From IMG/VR virus record IMGVR_UViG_3300013126_000036, positions 1 to 59,399 of that record: a stretch of 59,399 nt of DNA. One strand, 5' to 3'. The DNA is from a virus (lineage: Duplodnaviria; Caudoviricetes). Position numbers and translations under genes: made by a program. The notes below the pieces were generated by a model that saw only the letters and a program-made list of their open reading frames with translations, made no database searches and was not told where the DNA came from. Shown one piece after another: positions 1 through 7,101 of the stretch (its first letter is position 1; each line of letters opens with the position of its first letter).

Positions 1-80
1 CCCATCTTCTTGGAACCGCCCATCTTCTTGGAACCGCCCATCTTCTTGGAACCGCCCATCTTCTTGGAACCGCCCATCTT
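1..80. repeat. perfect 18-bp tandem repeat (cccatcttcttggaaccg) x4 plus a partial copy, coding
   Basis: Units at 1-18, 19-36, 37-54, 55-72 and a partial unit at 73-80. No spacers. Confidence 0.95.
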
Positions 81-98
81 TTTCTTCATCATAGCCAT
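1..98 (-). CDS. small basic repeat protein MAMMKKKMGGS(KKMGGS)n, truncated by the window edge
   Basis: Translated by hand; not in the ORF track. ATG at 98-96 overlaps the upstream TAA (TAATG). GGAGGTG RBS lies just upstream. The frame is open to the window edge. Confidence 0.75.
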   Translation of the reverse strand, partial: MAMMKKKMGGSKKMGGSKKMGGSKKMGGSKKM

Positions 99-361
99 TA
101 CAACACCTCCTTCTTTTTCTTAGCTTCGCTTGATTTACGATAGTGCCACATCATATGATCAGTCATTTGATCATCAACTTTTTCTACCTGTTCATCAACA
201 TGATCTATTTTATGATGTAAATCAAGAATATCATCCTTAACGTCTAGAAGCATTGTTGCAACGGCATTATGGTCATTTTTATTTTCTTTGCGCCCCTTTT
301 GAACCAGCGCTACCAATAAGCCACCAATAGCAGTAATGCAAGCTACAATAACCGCTTCCAT
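98..361 (-). CDS. small membrane protein with N-terminal TM helix and coiled coil (holin/lysis-accessory-like)
   Basis: The probable start MEAVIVACITAIGGLLVALV at 361 avoids overlap with the 363..674 gene. Heptad-like segment DILDLHHKIDHVDEQVEKVDDQM. Confidence 0.65.
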   Translation of the reverse strand: MEAVIVACITAIGGLLVALVQKGRKENKNDHNAVATMLLDVKDDILDLHHKIDHVDEQVEKVDDQMTDHMMWHYRKSSEAKKKKEVL

Positions 362-362
362 C

Positions 363-674
363 TCAGGATCCCTTAACCCATTTCTTTGAAGGAGACTGTG
401 TTTTACTTGGACTCCACTTAACCTTATTGGCCCAATAAGCTGCAGACATTTTCCCCTTAGAAATATTCTTAGCGTGGCGTGAAGCAAATGCTTTTCTTTG
501 GCCAACTGTTTGATTAGTCCTTACGCCTTGTTGACCAAAACGAATAGTCTTAACCTGATCTCCCTGCTTCGCTACAACAATGTGAGACTTAGTGGGATGG
601 CCCGGTGTTCTTTTAGGTTTATTGAAACCTGATACACCAGCCCTTGCTAAACGAGGATCTTTTTTAGCTGCCAT
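363..674 (-). CDS. highly basic hypothetical phage protein
   Basis: 103 aa, very Lys/Arg-rich. Motifs KTIRFGQQG, RKAFASRH and SAAYWANKVKW resemble a recurrent viral hypothetical family. Confidence 0.8.
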   Translation of the reverse strand: MAAKKDPRLARAGVSGFNKPKRTPGHPTKSHIVVAKQGDQVKTIRFGQQGVRTNQTVGQRKAFASRHAKNISKGKMSAAYWANKVKWSPSKTQSPSKKWVKGS

Positions 675-781
675 TACTTTTTCTTTCTACGTTTCTTATT
701 TTTTAAAATAGGGCCATTAGATTTTTGATTATTAGTACCCATTCTTGGTCCACTAATGTAGGTGAACTTTTTAATAGTCAT
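674..781 (-). CDS. 35-aa basic peptide MTIKKFTYISGPRMGTNNQKSNGPILKNKKRRKKK
   Basis: Translated by hand. TAATG stop/start overlaps at both ends. Confidence 0.65.
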   Translation of the reverse strand: MTIKKFTYISGPRMGTNNQKSNGPILKNKKRRKKK

Positions 782-924
782 TACTTATTTTTGTTTTTAG
801 TCCAGTGACTGGAGTAATGACCACCAGTTTTCTTAGTGTCAATTACATTCATTACAGAATCTTTTAATAATTTATAATAATTTTTTTCGGAAGAAGTCTT
901 ACTTCCCCAACCTTTATCAGCCAT
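781..924 (-). CDS. 47-aa basic peptide MADKGWGSKTSSEKNYYKLLKDSVMNVIDTKKTGGHYSSHWTKNKNK
   Basis: Translated by hand. AAGGTGG RBS-like sequence upstream. TAATG overlap with the next gene. Confidence 0.65.
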   Translation of the reverse strand: MADKGWGSKTSSEKNYYKLLKDSVMNVIDTKKTGGHYSSHWTKNKNK

Positions 925-945
925 GATACCACCTTATTGTAGGAT

Positions 946-998
946 AAAAAAAAGACTAGCTATATAGTAACATTTTTGCTACCATATAACTAGTCTTT
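946..998 (-). terminator. 22-bp stem-loop with U-tract (intrinsic terminator)
   Basis: Arms 951-972 and 977-998 with a 4-nt loop. The three DNA mismatches are all G-U pairs on minus-strand RNA. A U-run follows. Confidence 0.7.
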
Positions 999-1017
999 AC
1001 AACTATATAAGTATTAT

Positions 1018-1329
1018 TTATGTAGTTTTCTTCTGTTTTGGCGCAGGTGAAGCTTTCTTGGCTGCAGGCTTTTTCGCTGCAGCGCTCTTTTGACCCTTTG
1101 GTCTGCCAGGCTTCTTAGCAATAGGGGTCTTATCTAAGCAGGTTTCAGTGTCAGATTCAACCTTATTGTTACCTATATGGTTGCTATCAAGCTTTGGCTT
1201 CTCAAACGTAATCACTGGCTCTGCAATTGAATTAGCAGATGTGGTTGGCTTAGTATGAAAAACAGGGGCTGGTGACTGCTTCTTTTTTGTAAATAATATT
1301 TTTCTTGCAAGCTTTTTAATTAGTTTCAT
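1018..1329 (-). CDS. basic DNA-binding-like protein (AT-hook-like motif and histone H1/HupB-like PAKK tail)
   Basis: KKPGRPKG followed by AAAKKPAAKKASPAPKQKK. Confidence 0.6.
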   Translation of the reverse strand: MKLIKKLARKILFTKKKQSPAPVFHTKPTTSANSIAEPVITFEKPKLDSNHIGNNKVESDTETCLDKTPIAKKPGRPKGQKSAAAKKPAAKKASPAPKQKKTT

Positions 1330-1340
1330 TTTTTCTCCTG

Positions 1341-1664
1341 TTACTTTGTACCTTGCTGTGATTCTTTAATGAGCATATAACGCTCACCAGTCTCTTTTGA
1401 AGCTAGAGAAAATCCATAGGCAACAGCTTCTTCAACTGCAGCCGTAAGAGCCTCTTTATCCTCAAAGGAAACACCATGCAAAGGTATAGTAACCCCTGCA
1501 TAGACATCAATATTTTCAAAGTTCCCAATATTGATTTTTCTATTTACCCCACATATTACTATGGGAGAGCTTGTTAAAGAAATTTCGTTACTCAAAAGAT
1601 TAACCACCTGATCTAGAGGGGAGTCAGTAGACTGCTCCATTGCTGTTTTAGTTATTTTAGGCAT
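1341..1664 (-). CDS. hypothetical protein
   Basis: 107-aa ORF coupled to the kinase gene. Confidence 0.7.
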   Translation of the reverse strand: MPKITKTAMEQSTDSPLDQVVNLLSNEISLTSSPIVICGVNRKINIGNFENIDVYAGVTIPLHGVSFEDKEALTAAVEEAVAYGFSLASKETGERYMLIKESQQGTK

Positions 1665-2445
1665 ATACGTTTATGAATCCATTAATTATTTCTAAGGTTT
1701 TAGCAGACTGTTGCTCCATCGACATGTTATCTGTGTCAATTATAGCAGAAGCTAACTCTTTTACCAAGTCACATTCTTTTTCTGATTTATGAGATGCCTG
1801 AGCCTCTGTCATCAATAACCCGTCTCGCTTTATCATTCTTTGATTCCTAGTATCATCCGAGGCATCGAAGTAAATAATCAGTCCATTTGGCTGCTTCAGA
1901 ATCTTATTAGCCTCATTTTCAAAACGAACATCGGAAATTATTATTCCAACAGGAAGTTGGTTGTCTTCATATGATTCAGCGGATACTATCGATCTGTGCA
2001 TCCGAGATGCTTTATAAATAACCCATTTAGCGAAGCACTCGGGATCGTATAACCGACATAGGTCTCCAGCTTTTTGAAGAAAGCTTCTCGGCTTCAATGG
2101 CTCCTCTTCTATTGGCAAGGAATACATCTGCTCAACTAAGTCGGTAAAATGCTTGTAATCAGGTATATTACCTAGAGCATTACCACCAAATAGATCAAAT
2201 AAAACCTGGTGAATAGAAAATAGCTGGCGGTCTTTTTGACGAAGACCTAATGTTGTTCTTTTGATTGAAGCTATCTCATATAATGGCAGAGTAAAAAATA
2301 TGTGATCCCATATGATAGAGTTATTAACAGAATTAACAGAAGCTTTAGGAACTATGCTTTCTGCTACGGAAGTTTTACCACTAGCAGCTTTACCTGCTAG
2401 GCCAATAATTAATGGATATTCTTTGTAATATTTGTTTTCTAACAT
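1657..2445 (-). CDS. deoxynucleoside monophosphate kinase (T4 gp1-like)
   Basis: P-loop IIGLAGKAASGKTS, RSFLQKAGD, IIISDVRFENE, HKSE. Confidence 0.85.
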   Translation of the reverse strand: MLENKYYKEYPLIIGLAGKAASGKTSVAESIVPKASVNSVNNSIIWDHIFFTLPLYEIASIKRTTLGLRQKDRQLFSIHQVLFDLFGGNALGNIPDYKHFTDLVEQMYSLPIEEEPLKPRSFLQKAGDLCRLYDPECFAKWVIYKASRMHRSIVSAESYEDNQLPVGIIISDVRFENEANKILKQPNGLIIYFDASDDTRNQRMIKRDGLLMTEAQASHKSEKECDLVKELASAIIDTDNMSMEQQSAKTLEIINGFINVYA

Positions 2446-2455
2446 GATGGATTAC

Positions 2456-2464
2456 ATTATAGCA
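2456..2464 (-). promoter_or_regulatory. extended -10 promoter TGCTATAAT upstream of the dNMP kinase gene
   Basis: TGnTATAAT consensus 10 nt before the ATG at 2445, implying a near-leaderless mRNA. Confidence 0.55.
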
Positions 2465-2465
2465 G

Positions 2466-2900
2466 TTATAATTTGGAAATGTGTTCTTTTCTTAACTCTA
2501 ATTCATTTAAAAATGCATTAGCTAAAGCGTCTGGCTCCCAAACAAAAGATCTTTTTACTTGCACGACTCTAAAATTAAATTCATCTTTAATTTCTTCTAT
2601 TGTCATTAGCAGCGGGATAAGAGTTGGATTTTTACATTTCCACTTTCCATTAACCTGATTAGCCACAACAGCTGAATCCGTGTAAATTATTGGGTCAGCT
2701 AAATCAGCCATAGAACAGATTAATAAACCAGCTATAACAGCCTCGTATTCAGCTTCGTTATTAGTTCTAGGACCAAGACCCCTAGCAAATTGGGCTATCT
2801 TTTTTCTATTCCGATAAACCACAGCTGAACACGCTGCCTCGCCAAACTTTTTTTGGCCCTGCCCCCGTGATGCACCATCACAAAAAACTTCTATATTCAT
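2466..2900 (-). CDS. rnhA: ribonuclease HI
   Basis: CDGASRG, TNNEAEYEA, YTDSAVVANQV, DALAN: the acidic catalytic residues are present. Confidence 0.92.
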   Translation of the reverse strand: MNIEVFCDGASRGQGQKKFGEAACSAVVYRNRKKIAQFARGLGPRTNNEAEYEAVIAGLLICSMADLADPIIYTDSAVVANQVNGKWKCKNPTLIPLLMTIEEIKDEFNFRVVQVKRSFVWEPDALANAFLNELELRKEHISKL

Positions 2901-2912
2901 TTAACACCATTT

Positions 2913-3068
2913 TCATTTTGTTTTAAGCAAAGAATAGATATCTAGAAGCATGTCTTCTATTTCCTGCCTACTGTATAGCTCTCTTTCTTGAGAGGATATT
3001 TCAGACAAGAAATTTTCAATTTCTGATTTCAAATCAGCTATCTGCTCCCGAGTCAATTCTAATGTCAT
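2913..3068 (-). CDS. 51-aa acidic helical hypothetical protein
   Basis: Translated by hand (MTLELTREQIADLKSEIENFLSEISSQERELYSRQEIEDMLLDIYSLLKTK). Fills the gap before rnhA. Confidence 0.6.
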   Translation of the reverse strand: MTLELTREQIADLKSEIENFLSEISSQERELYSRQEIEDMLLDIYSLLKTK

Positions 3069-3258
3069 GTTTTATTCCATATTTTTTGGCGGTGTTAATA
3101 ATATTTTTTTCTTGAGATTCAGAAGATACCTGTATAGTCTTATTGAGCAAATATCTATCGCCCTCGTATTCAACTTGTATTGGAAAATTTAAGTCAGCTC
3201 TTTTACGGGAATAAAATTCTTTAGATGATCCAACACTTCTATAGTAACCTATAAACAT
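3034..3258 (-). CDS. hypothetical protein
   Basis: 74-aa ORF with AAGGA RBS. Confidence 0.65.
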   Translation of the reverse strand: MFIGYYRSVGSSKEFYSRKRADLNFPIQVEYEGDRYLLNKTIQVSSESQEKNIINTAKKYGIKHDIRIDSGADS

Positions 3259-3269
3259 ATATTATCCTT

Positions 3270-3788
3270 TTAGTATGTGTTAAAAAAGTCCGACTCCATA
3301 AAAGAGCCCTTATCTTCTCTAAATGAAGCGACCTGCATAGACTGTATTTTGTCCATAAGCTTTCTTGCAGACTCTGATGCAATTCTTGCTGCTGACTCCA
3401 TGGCTTCAGCTAAATTGACAATAGCCTCACAAGTTACCAAGGCGAAGTATTCATCCTCTGCAGCGTCCATCGCTGCCGCTTCTCTCTCTGCTTCATTCTT
3501 ACCTACACGATTAGACTTATAAACTTTCTTGTATTTTCCTTCTAGTATTTTATACTGAGCTCTAGCTATTCCGGCAAATCTAGCTGCTCTACCATAAACG
3601 TTAGACGTTCTAGCTACAAGAGAAGCTATTTTTTCTATACCTAAATCTACAACATCTGTTTCTGGAATTTCAATAAAATATTTATAGGAGTTATTATTAT
3701 CATTGTAGGCGTCGATGACCTCTTTTAGTTGAGGTCCAAGAAATTGTTGTAACATTTCCTGAAGCTTTTCAAGAGTTGAACTGTTCAT
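3270..3788 (-). CDS. hypothetical helical/coiled-coil protein
   Basis: 172 aa, coupled to the sigma factor gene by an ATGA-type overlap. Confidence 0.75.
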   Translation of the reverse strand: MNSSTLEKLQEMLQQFLGPQLKEVIDAYNDNNNSYKYFIEIPETDVVDLGIEKIASLVARTSNVYGRAARFAGIARAQYKILEGKYKKVYKSNRVGKNEAEREAAAMDAAEDEYFALVTCEAIVNLAEAMESAARIASESARKLMDKIQSMQVASFREDKGSFMESDFFNTY

Positions 3789-4651
3789 TTATTCTCCATT
3801 TTTAATAGATAGTAAAGTTCTTCATATGAGAACTCGTCTTCTAGAAGTGTTTGTTTTATTTTTTCCCTAACCTTAGACAGATGTTCTCTCACTGTGTTAG
3901 GGTGCTCATTGACAATTTGGGAAATTTGACTTGATCTCTTATTGTCAACATACCTCCATTTTAGCAACTGTCTTTCCTGTATCGAAAGCTTATCGAATGG
4001 TCCTTCAACATTTTCTCCTAGAACCCAGAATTCGTCTATTCTATCAGTTGCCATTAGTCTTTCCATACTATATTCGATTGGATCTGCCTTAAAACCGACA
4101 ACGTAATCTTCGTCACTTTCATCATTTGTTGCTTCATCATCTAACAATGGGAATGTTTTTCTACCCAACTGATCAATTAAAAAGGTGTCTACATTTTTCT
4201 TTAAAAGATAAAAAAAGTAGCTGTATAAAAATCCACTAAATGGTATTGGCCCTTTTGCCGAATCTTTTCTTTCATACCTTCCAACGCACTGAAAGAATGT
4301 CATATACACTGTTTGACGAATATCCTCTTCGTCACCATATCTTTTTGTCATATAATGGATACCACGCATTGTTTCATTGACTATCTTTAAATTATAGCTG
4401 TTTACTTTATTCTTCATAAGTGCAAATCTTGCAGACGGTTCTTTAATAAAAAGAGAAACAAATCTTCTAATATCATAATCATTTAAATTGTATTTACCGT
4501 GATATAATAATGAAATATATTTAGTTAAAAAATTACTAAAAACTTTTAACAATTCTTCTTGAGATTTTTGAGAACCTTTTTTGCTATCAGCTATTAATTT
4601 TTGCATCTCTTCTTCAGCTAGAGAATAATATTGCTCCTTGTAACTTGTCAT
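3785..4651 (-). CDS. phage RNA polymerase sigma70-family factor
   Basis: Region 2-like EEDIRQTVYMTFFQCVGRYE...PFSGFLY. Region 4 HTH LSIQERQLLKWRYVDNKRSSQISQIVNEHPNTVREHLSKVREKIK. Confidence 0.85.
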   Translation of the reverse strand: MTSYKEQYYSLAEEEMQKLIADSKKGSQKSQEELLKVFSNFLTKYISLLYHGKYNLNDYDIRRFVSLFIKEPSARFALMKNKVNSYNLKIVNETMRGIHYMTKRYGDEEDIRQTVYMTFFQCVGRYERKDSAKGPIPFSGFLYSYFFYLLKKNVDTFLIDQLGRKTFPLLDDEATNDESDEDYVVGFKADPIEYSMERLMATDRIDEFWVLGENVEGPFDKLSIQERQLLKWRYVDNKRSSQISQIVNEHPNTVREHLSKVREKIKQTLLEDEFSYEELYYLLKMENK

Positions 4652-5214
4652 TTTTTTCCTTCCCAGTGAACTATATACTCACTGTAATAATCTCTAAAGT
4701 GTTCATAAAAGATAATATTAGGAACTTCTAATTCTTTCATGAAGTTCTTTGCGTCATTCGAATATTTACTTATTACGCAAGTGAGATTTTCAAATTCATC
4801 TGGATAATATCTTTTAAACCTTTTTAATTTAATTTTACTCTTATCATCTAAATAGCCTTTTATCTCTATCCAATCATTATTTCTATTTAAGAGAAAGTCT
4901 GGTGTATACCCCCTGGTTCCCCTTTTGATTGGAAAGGAAAACACAGTGGGTTCAAATTGAAAATTAATTTTATAGATCTTTAATACTCTAACAAAATTTG
5001 CTTCCCAACTAGAACGAACATTCATATCTATATCTTTTCTGTAACCAGTCTTGGTATACTGATACGCATTTCCCTTTTTCCTGGAAATAACTGCATCGTT
5101 CTCAATGATTTCAGAGTCGACAGATTTGTTCCTGATATTTTTTAAATTGGGATGTTTTTTAAACGAAGATTTTTCCAAAAAAAACTCTTCTGGGTTGACA
5201 ATCTGTGTGTCCAT
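4648..5214 (-). CDS. PD-(D/E)XK endonuclease (T7 endonuclease I / resolvase-like)
   Basis: RSSWEANF, FQFEP, YTPDF, WIEIKGY. Start taken at MDTQ after the AAAGGA RBS. Confidence 0.75.
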   Translation of the reverse strand: MDTQIVNPEEFFLEKSSFKKHPNLKNIRNKSVDSEIIENDAVISRKKGNAYQYTKTGYRKDIDMNVRSSWEANFVRVLKIYKINFQFEPTVFSFPIKRGTRGYTPDFLLNRNNDWIEIKGYLDDKSKIKLKRFKRYYPDEFENLTCVISKYSNDAKNFMKELEVPNIIFYEHFRDYYSEYIVHWEGKK

Positions 5215-5286
5215 TGTGTATCCTTTACGTATCAAGATAGTTCGTAGATAAATTATACACTATCCTGATAAAAAAATCAAAATAGG

Positions 5287-5315
5287 TTGGAAATCCAAAA
5301 GAAAGAGAGTATACT
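5287..5315 (+). promoter_or_regulatory. sigma70-type promoter TTGGAA-N17-TATACT (leaderless transcript)
   Basis: -35 at 5287-5292 and -10 at 5310-5315. ATG follows after 7 nt with no Shine-Dalgarno. Confidence 0.7.
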
Positions 5316-5322
5316 GTTCACC

Positions 5323-5499
5323 ATGAACACACTAAAAACAATCATCAACAGCATCAATCAGACAATCAACGAGGAAATCATTGACGACATGACCAAGGTT
5401 CTTGGTGTCGACCATCAGTCGGCTGTCAAAATGGTAACTGAGTTTGAGGATTTCGACCTTTGGCTCTCTGCTGAGGAAAATCCCGTAACCGATTTCTGA
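5323..5499 (+). CDS. 58-aa acidic protein; the only supported plus-strand gene
   Basis: Has its own promoter and terminator. C-ending codons (ATC, AAC, GAC) differ from the flanking genes. Confidence 0.75.
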   Translation: MNTLKTIINSINQTINEEIIDDMTKVLGVDHQSAVKMVTEFEDFDLWLSAEENPVTDF

Positions 5500-5512
5500 T
5501 AGTTGCTTTTCC

Positions 5513-5550
5513 AACAAAAAGGGCCGGGGGAAACCCCGGTCTTTTTTGTT
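5513..5550. terminator. bidirectional intrinsic terminator
   Basis: aacaaaaagggccgggg-GAAA-ccccggtcttttttgtt between convergent genes. Confidence 0.9.
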
Positions 5551-6346
5551 ATCCATTATTCTTTTTATTTCTAAAAACACCAGTTGGGCAAGCGCCACTC
5601 TTAGCATGATCGCAGTATGAACATATGCGCACATTAGAAGTTGGCGTAAAGTTAGTATCATTGATTATTTTAGTTATAGAACTAATTAATTTGAGCTTTA
5701 CATTTTCAATATCTTCATTGGTGAATAAGTGACCCTTTTTCTTGCCAGATCTTAGATAATGTAGTTCTGCGTAGATTTCTTTTTCAGGAAAAATACTATG
5801 CATAGCTAGTGCATAAATGCCAAGCTGTAGATTATTTGGCACGTCTTTTAGGGCAACTTCCCATTTTCCCGTCTTATAGTCAACGATATTAACCCTGTCA
5901 CCAATTACATCAACTCTATCTATAAAGCCAAGAATTCGATAACAGCCAATAATAAAATTAAAAGCCAACTCTTTTTCATAAATATTAAACTTCTTATCGT
6001 AATATTCGTCGTAAAACTCTTGCAGGATTACAGATCCAACAGATATTAAATCCTTTGGTATATTATTATCTGGATCCCAGATAGGAATATTTTTATTATA
6101 CTCTTGCTCCAACTCATTAATATCTAATGTCTTTTCGTTATCTAAAACATTCTCAAGTACGGCATGCACTATATTGCCCAATACAGCGGGAGGGTTAAAC
6201 AACCGTGGCTCTTTTGAGATATATGAATAAAAATATTTAGCCGGACACTGCTGATATGTGTCTATTCTAGAATATGAAAAATCCACTAAAGCTAGGGACT
6301 GTAAATCTGTTAGATCATTATAACTTTTAATTTTAATTAAACTCAA
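5549..6346 (-). CDS. Cas4/RecB-like PD-(D/E)XK exonuclease with Fe-S cysteines
   Basis: SYSRIDTYQQCP, GNIVHAVLE, GFIDRVD, IVDYKTG, QLGIYA, CSYC...C. Confidence 0.9.
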   Translation of the reverse strand: MSLIKIKSYNDLTDLQSLALVDFSYSRIDTYQQCPAKYFYSYISKEPRLFNPPAVLGNIVHAVLENVLDNEKTLDINELEQEYNKNIPIWDPDNNIPKDLISVGSVILQEFYDEYYDKKFNIYEKELAFNFIIGCYRILGFIDRVDVIGDRVNIVDYKTGKWEVALKDVPNNLQLGIYALAMHSIFPEKEIYAELHYLRSGKKKGHLFTNEDIENVKLKLISSITKIINDTNFTPTSNVRICSYCDHAKSGACPTGVFRNKKNNG

Positions 6347-6360
6347 AAAATAACTCCTAA

Positions 6361-6525
6361 TTACTCTTCATCTGGATCAAATATCAATAATCCATTTTCG
6401 TCGTATTCTCTTCCGCTTTCATCTATTGTATGTCCGTTATAAATATTTTTATAACCACCATTCTTAGACGGCACCCATCCAGATTCACCTATTTCCATCT
6501 GGTCATTTTCTTCATATGGCCACAT
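6361..6525 (-). CDS. 54-aa acidic hypothetical protein
   Basis: Translated by hand (MWPYEENDQMEIGESGWVPSKNGG...IFDPDEE). GGAGG RBS. Confidence 0.65.
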   Translation of the reverse strand: MWPYEENDQMEIGESGWVPSKNGGYKNIYNGHTIDESGREYDENGLLIFDPDEE

Positions 6526-6733
6526 TTTCGCCTCCTATAGAAACAGATACTTCAGTAATTTCATCTGCATTTAAATAGTAGTGAACTACAGTTAACAAAT
6601 CTTTAAGGTCATCTTTAGTCAGGTAAAATCCGACGCAGGTGCATTGAATAAAAAATTTATCATCATAACCATAGGTTGAATCAGAGTACTCTGTTAGTTT
6701 AATATTTCCTTTTTGAACAACTGCAGGCAACAT
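6512..6733 (-). CDS. hypothetical protein
   Basis: 73-aa ORF with GAGGAG RBS. Confidence 0.7.
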   Translation of the reverse strand: MLPAVVQKGNIKLTEYSDSTYGYDDKFFIQCTCVGFYLTKDDLKDLLTVVHYYLNADEITEVSVSIGGENVAI

Positions 6734-6735
6734 TT

Positions 6736-7101
6736 TTACTCCTCGTATATAGTTATTGGATTCCAGCTAGGATCATCCAATTTCTCTCTCATATCTTTAA
6801 CGTAAGAATCCCAATCTCTTTCATCTTCCGTTTTCTTTTCATACTTAACCTGACCCTTAAAAGGGTTAGATTTAAATCTAGTAACAATTAATTTACCTTG
6901 TTGCGTCTTCCAACGAAGAACACCATTTTTACAGTCACAGAAATCTTCATTGTCAACAGGTATTCTTAAATCTGGGTCATATCTACCGCTGCAGCCGTTG
7001 CAGCGAGTATACCTACCCTTATCCTGGCACCTATTACAGGAGGGACAGAAGGACCAGCACCATTTCTGGACTGGATTTACCGTTGGTCCAAGACTAGACA
7101 T
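6736..7101 (-). CDS. Cys-rich putative zinc-binding protein
   Basis: CWSFCPSCNRC, CNGC, CDC. Probable start MSSLG, coupled to the dnaE stop. Confidence 0.7.
   Translation of the reverse strand: MSSLGPTVNPVQKWCWSFCPSCNRCQDKGRYTRCNGCSGRYDPDLRIPVDNEDFCDCKNGVLRWKTQQGKLIVTRFKSNPFKGQVKYEKKTEDERDWDSYVKDMREKLDDPSWNPITIYEE

Noticed and set aside
1-80. Tandem repeat as a CRISPR array
   Set aside because: The units are contiguous with no spacers, 18 bp long, and in frame within a coding sequence.
362-505. N-terminal extension of ORF 98..505
   Set aside because: It overlaps the better-supported 363..674 gene. The start at 361 gives a clean TM protein.
5332-5661. Minus-strand 109-aa ORF
   Set aside because: It runs through a strong terminator and lies antisense to the promoter-supported plus-strand gene.
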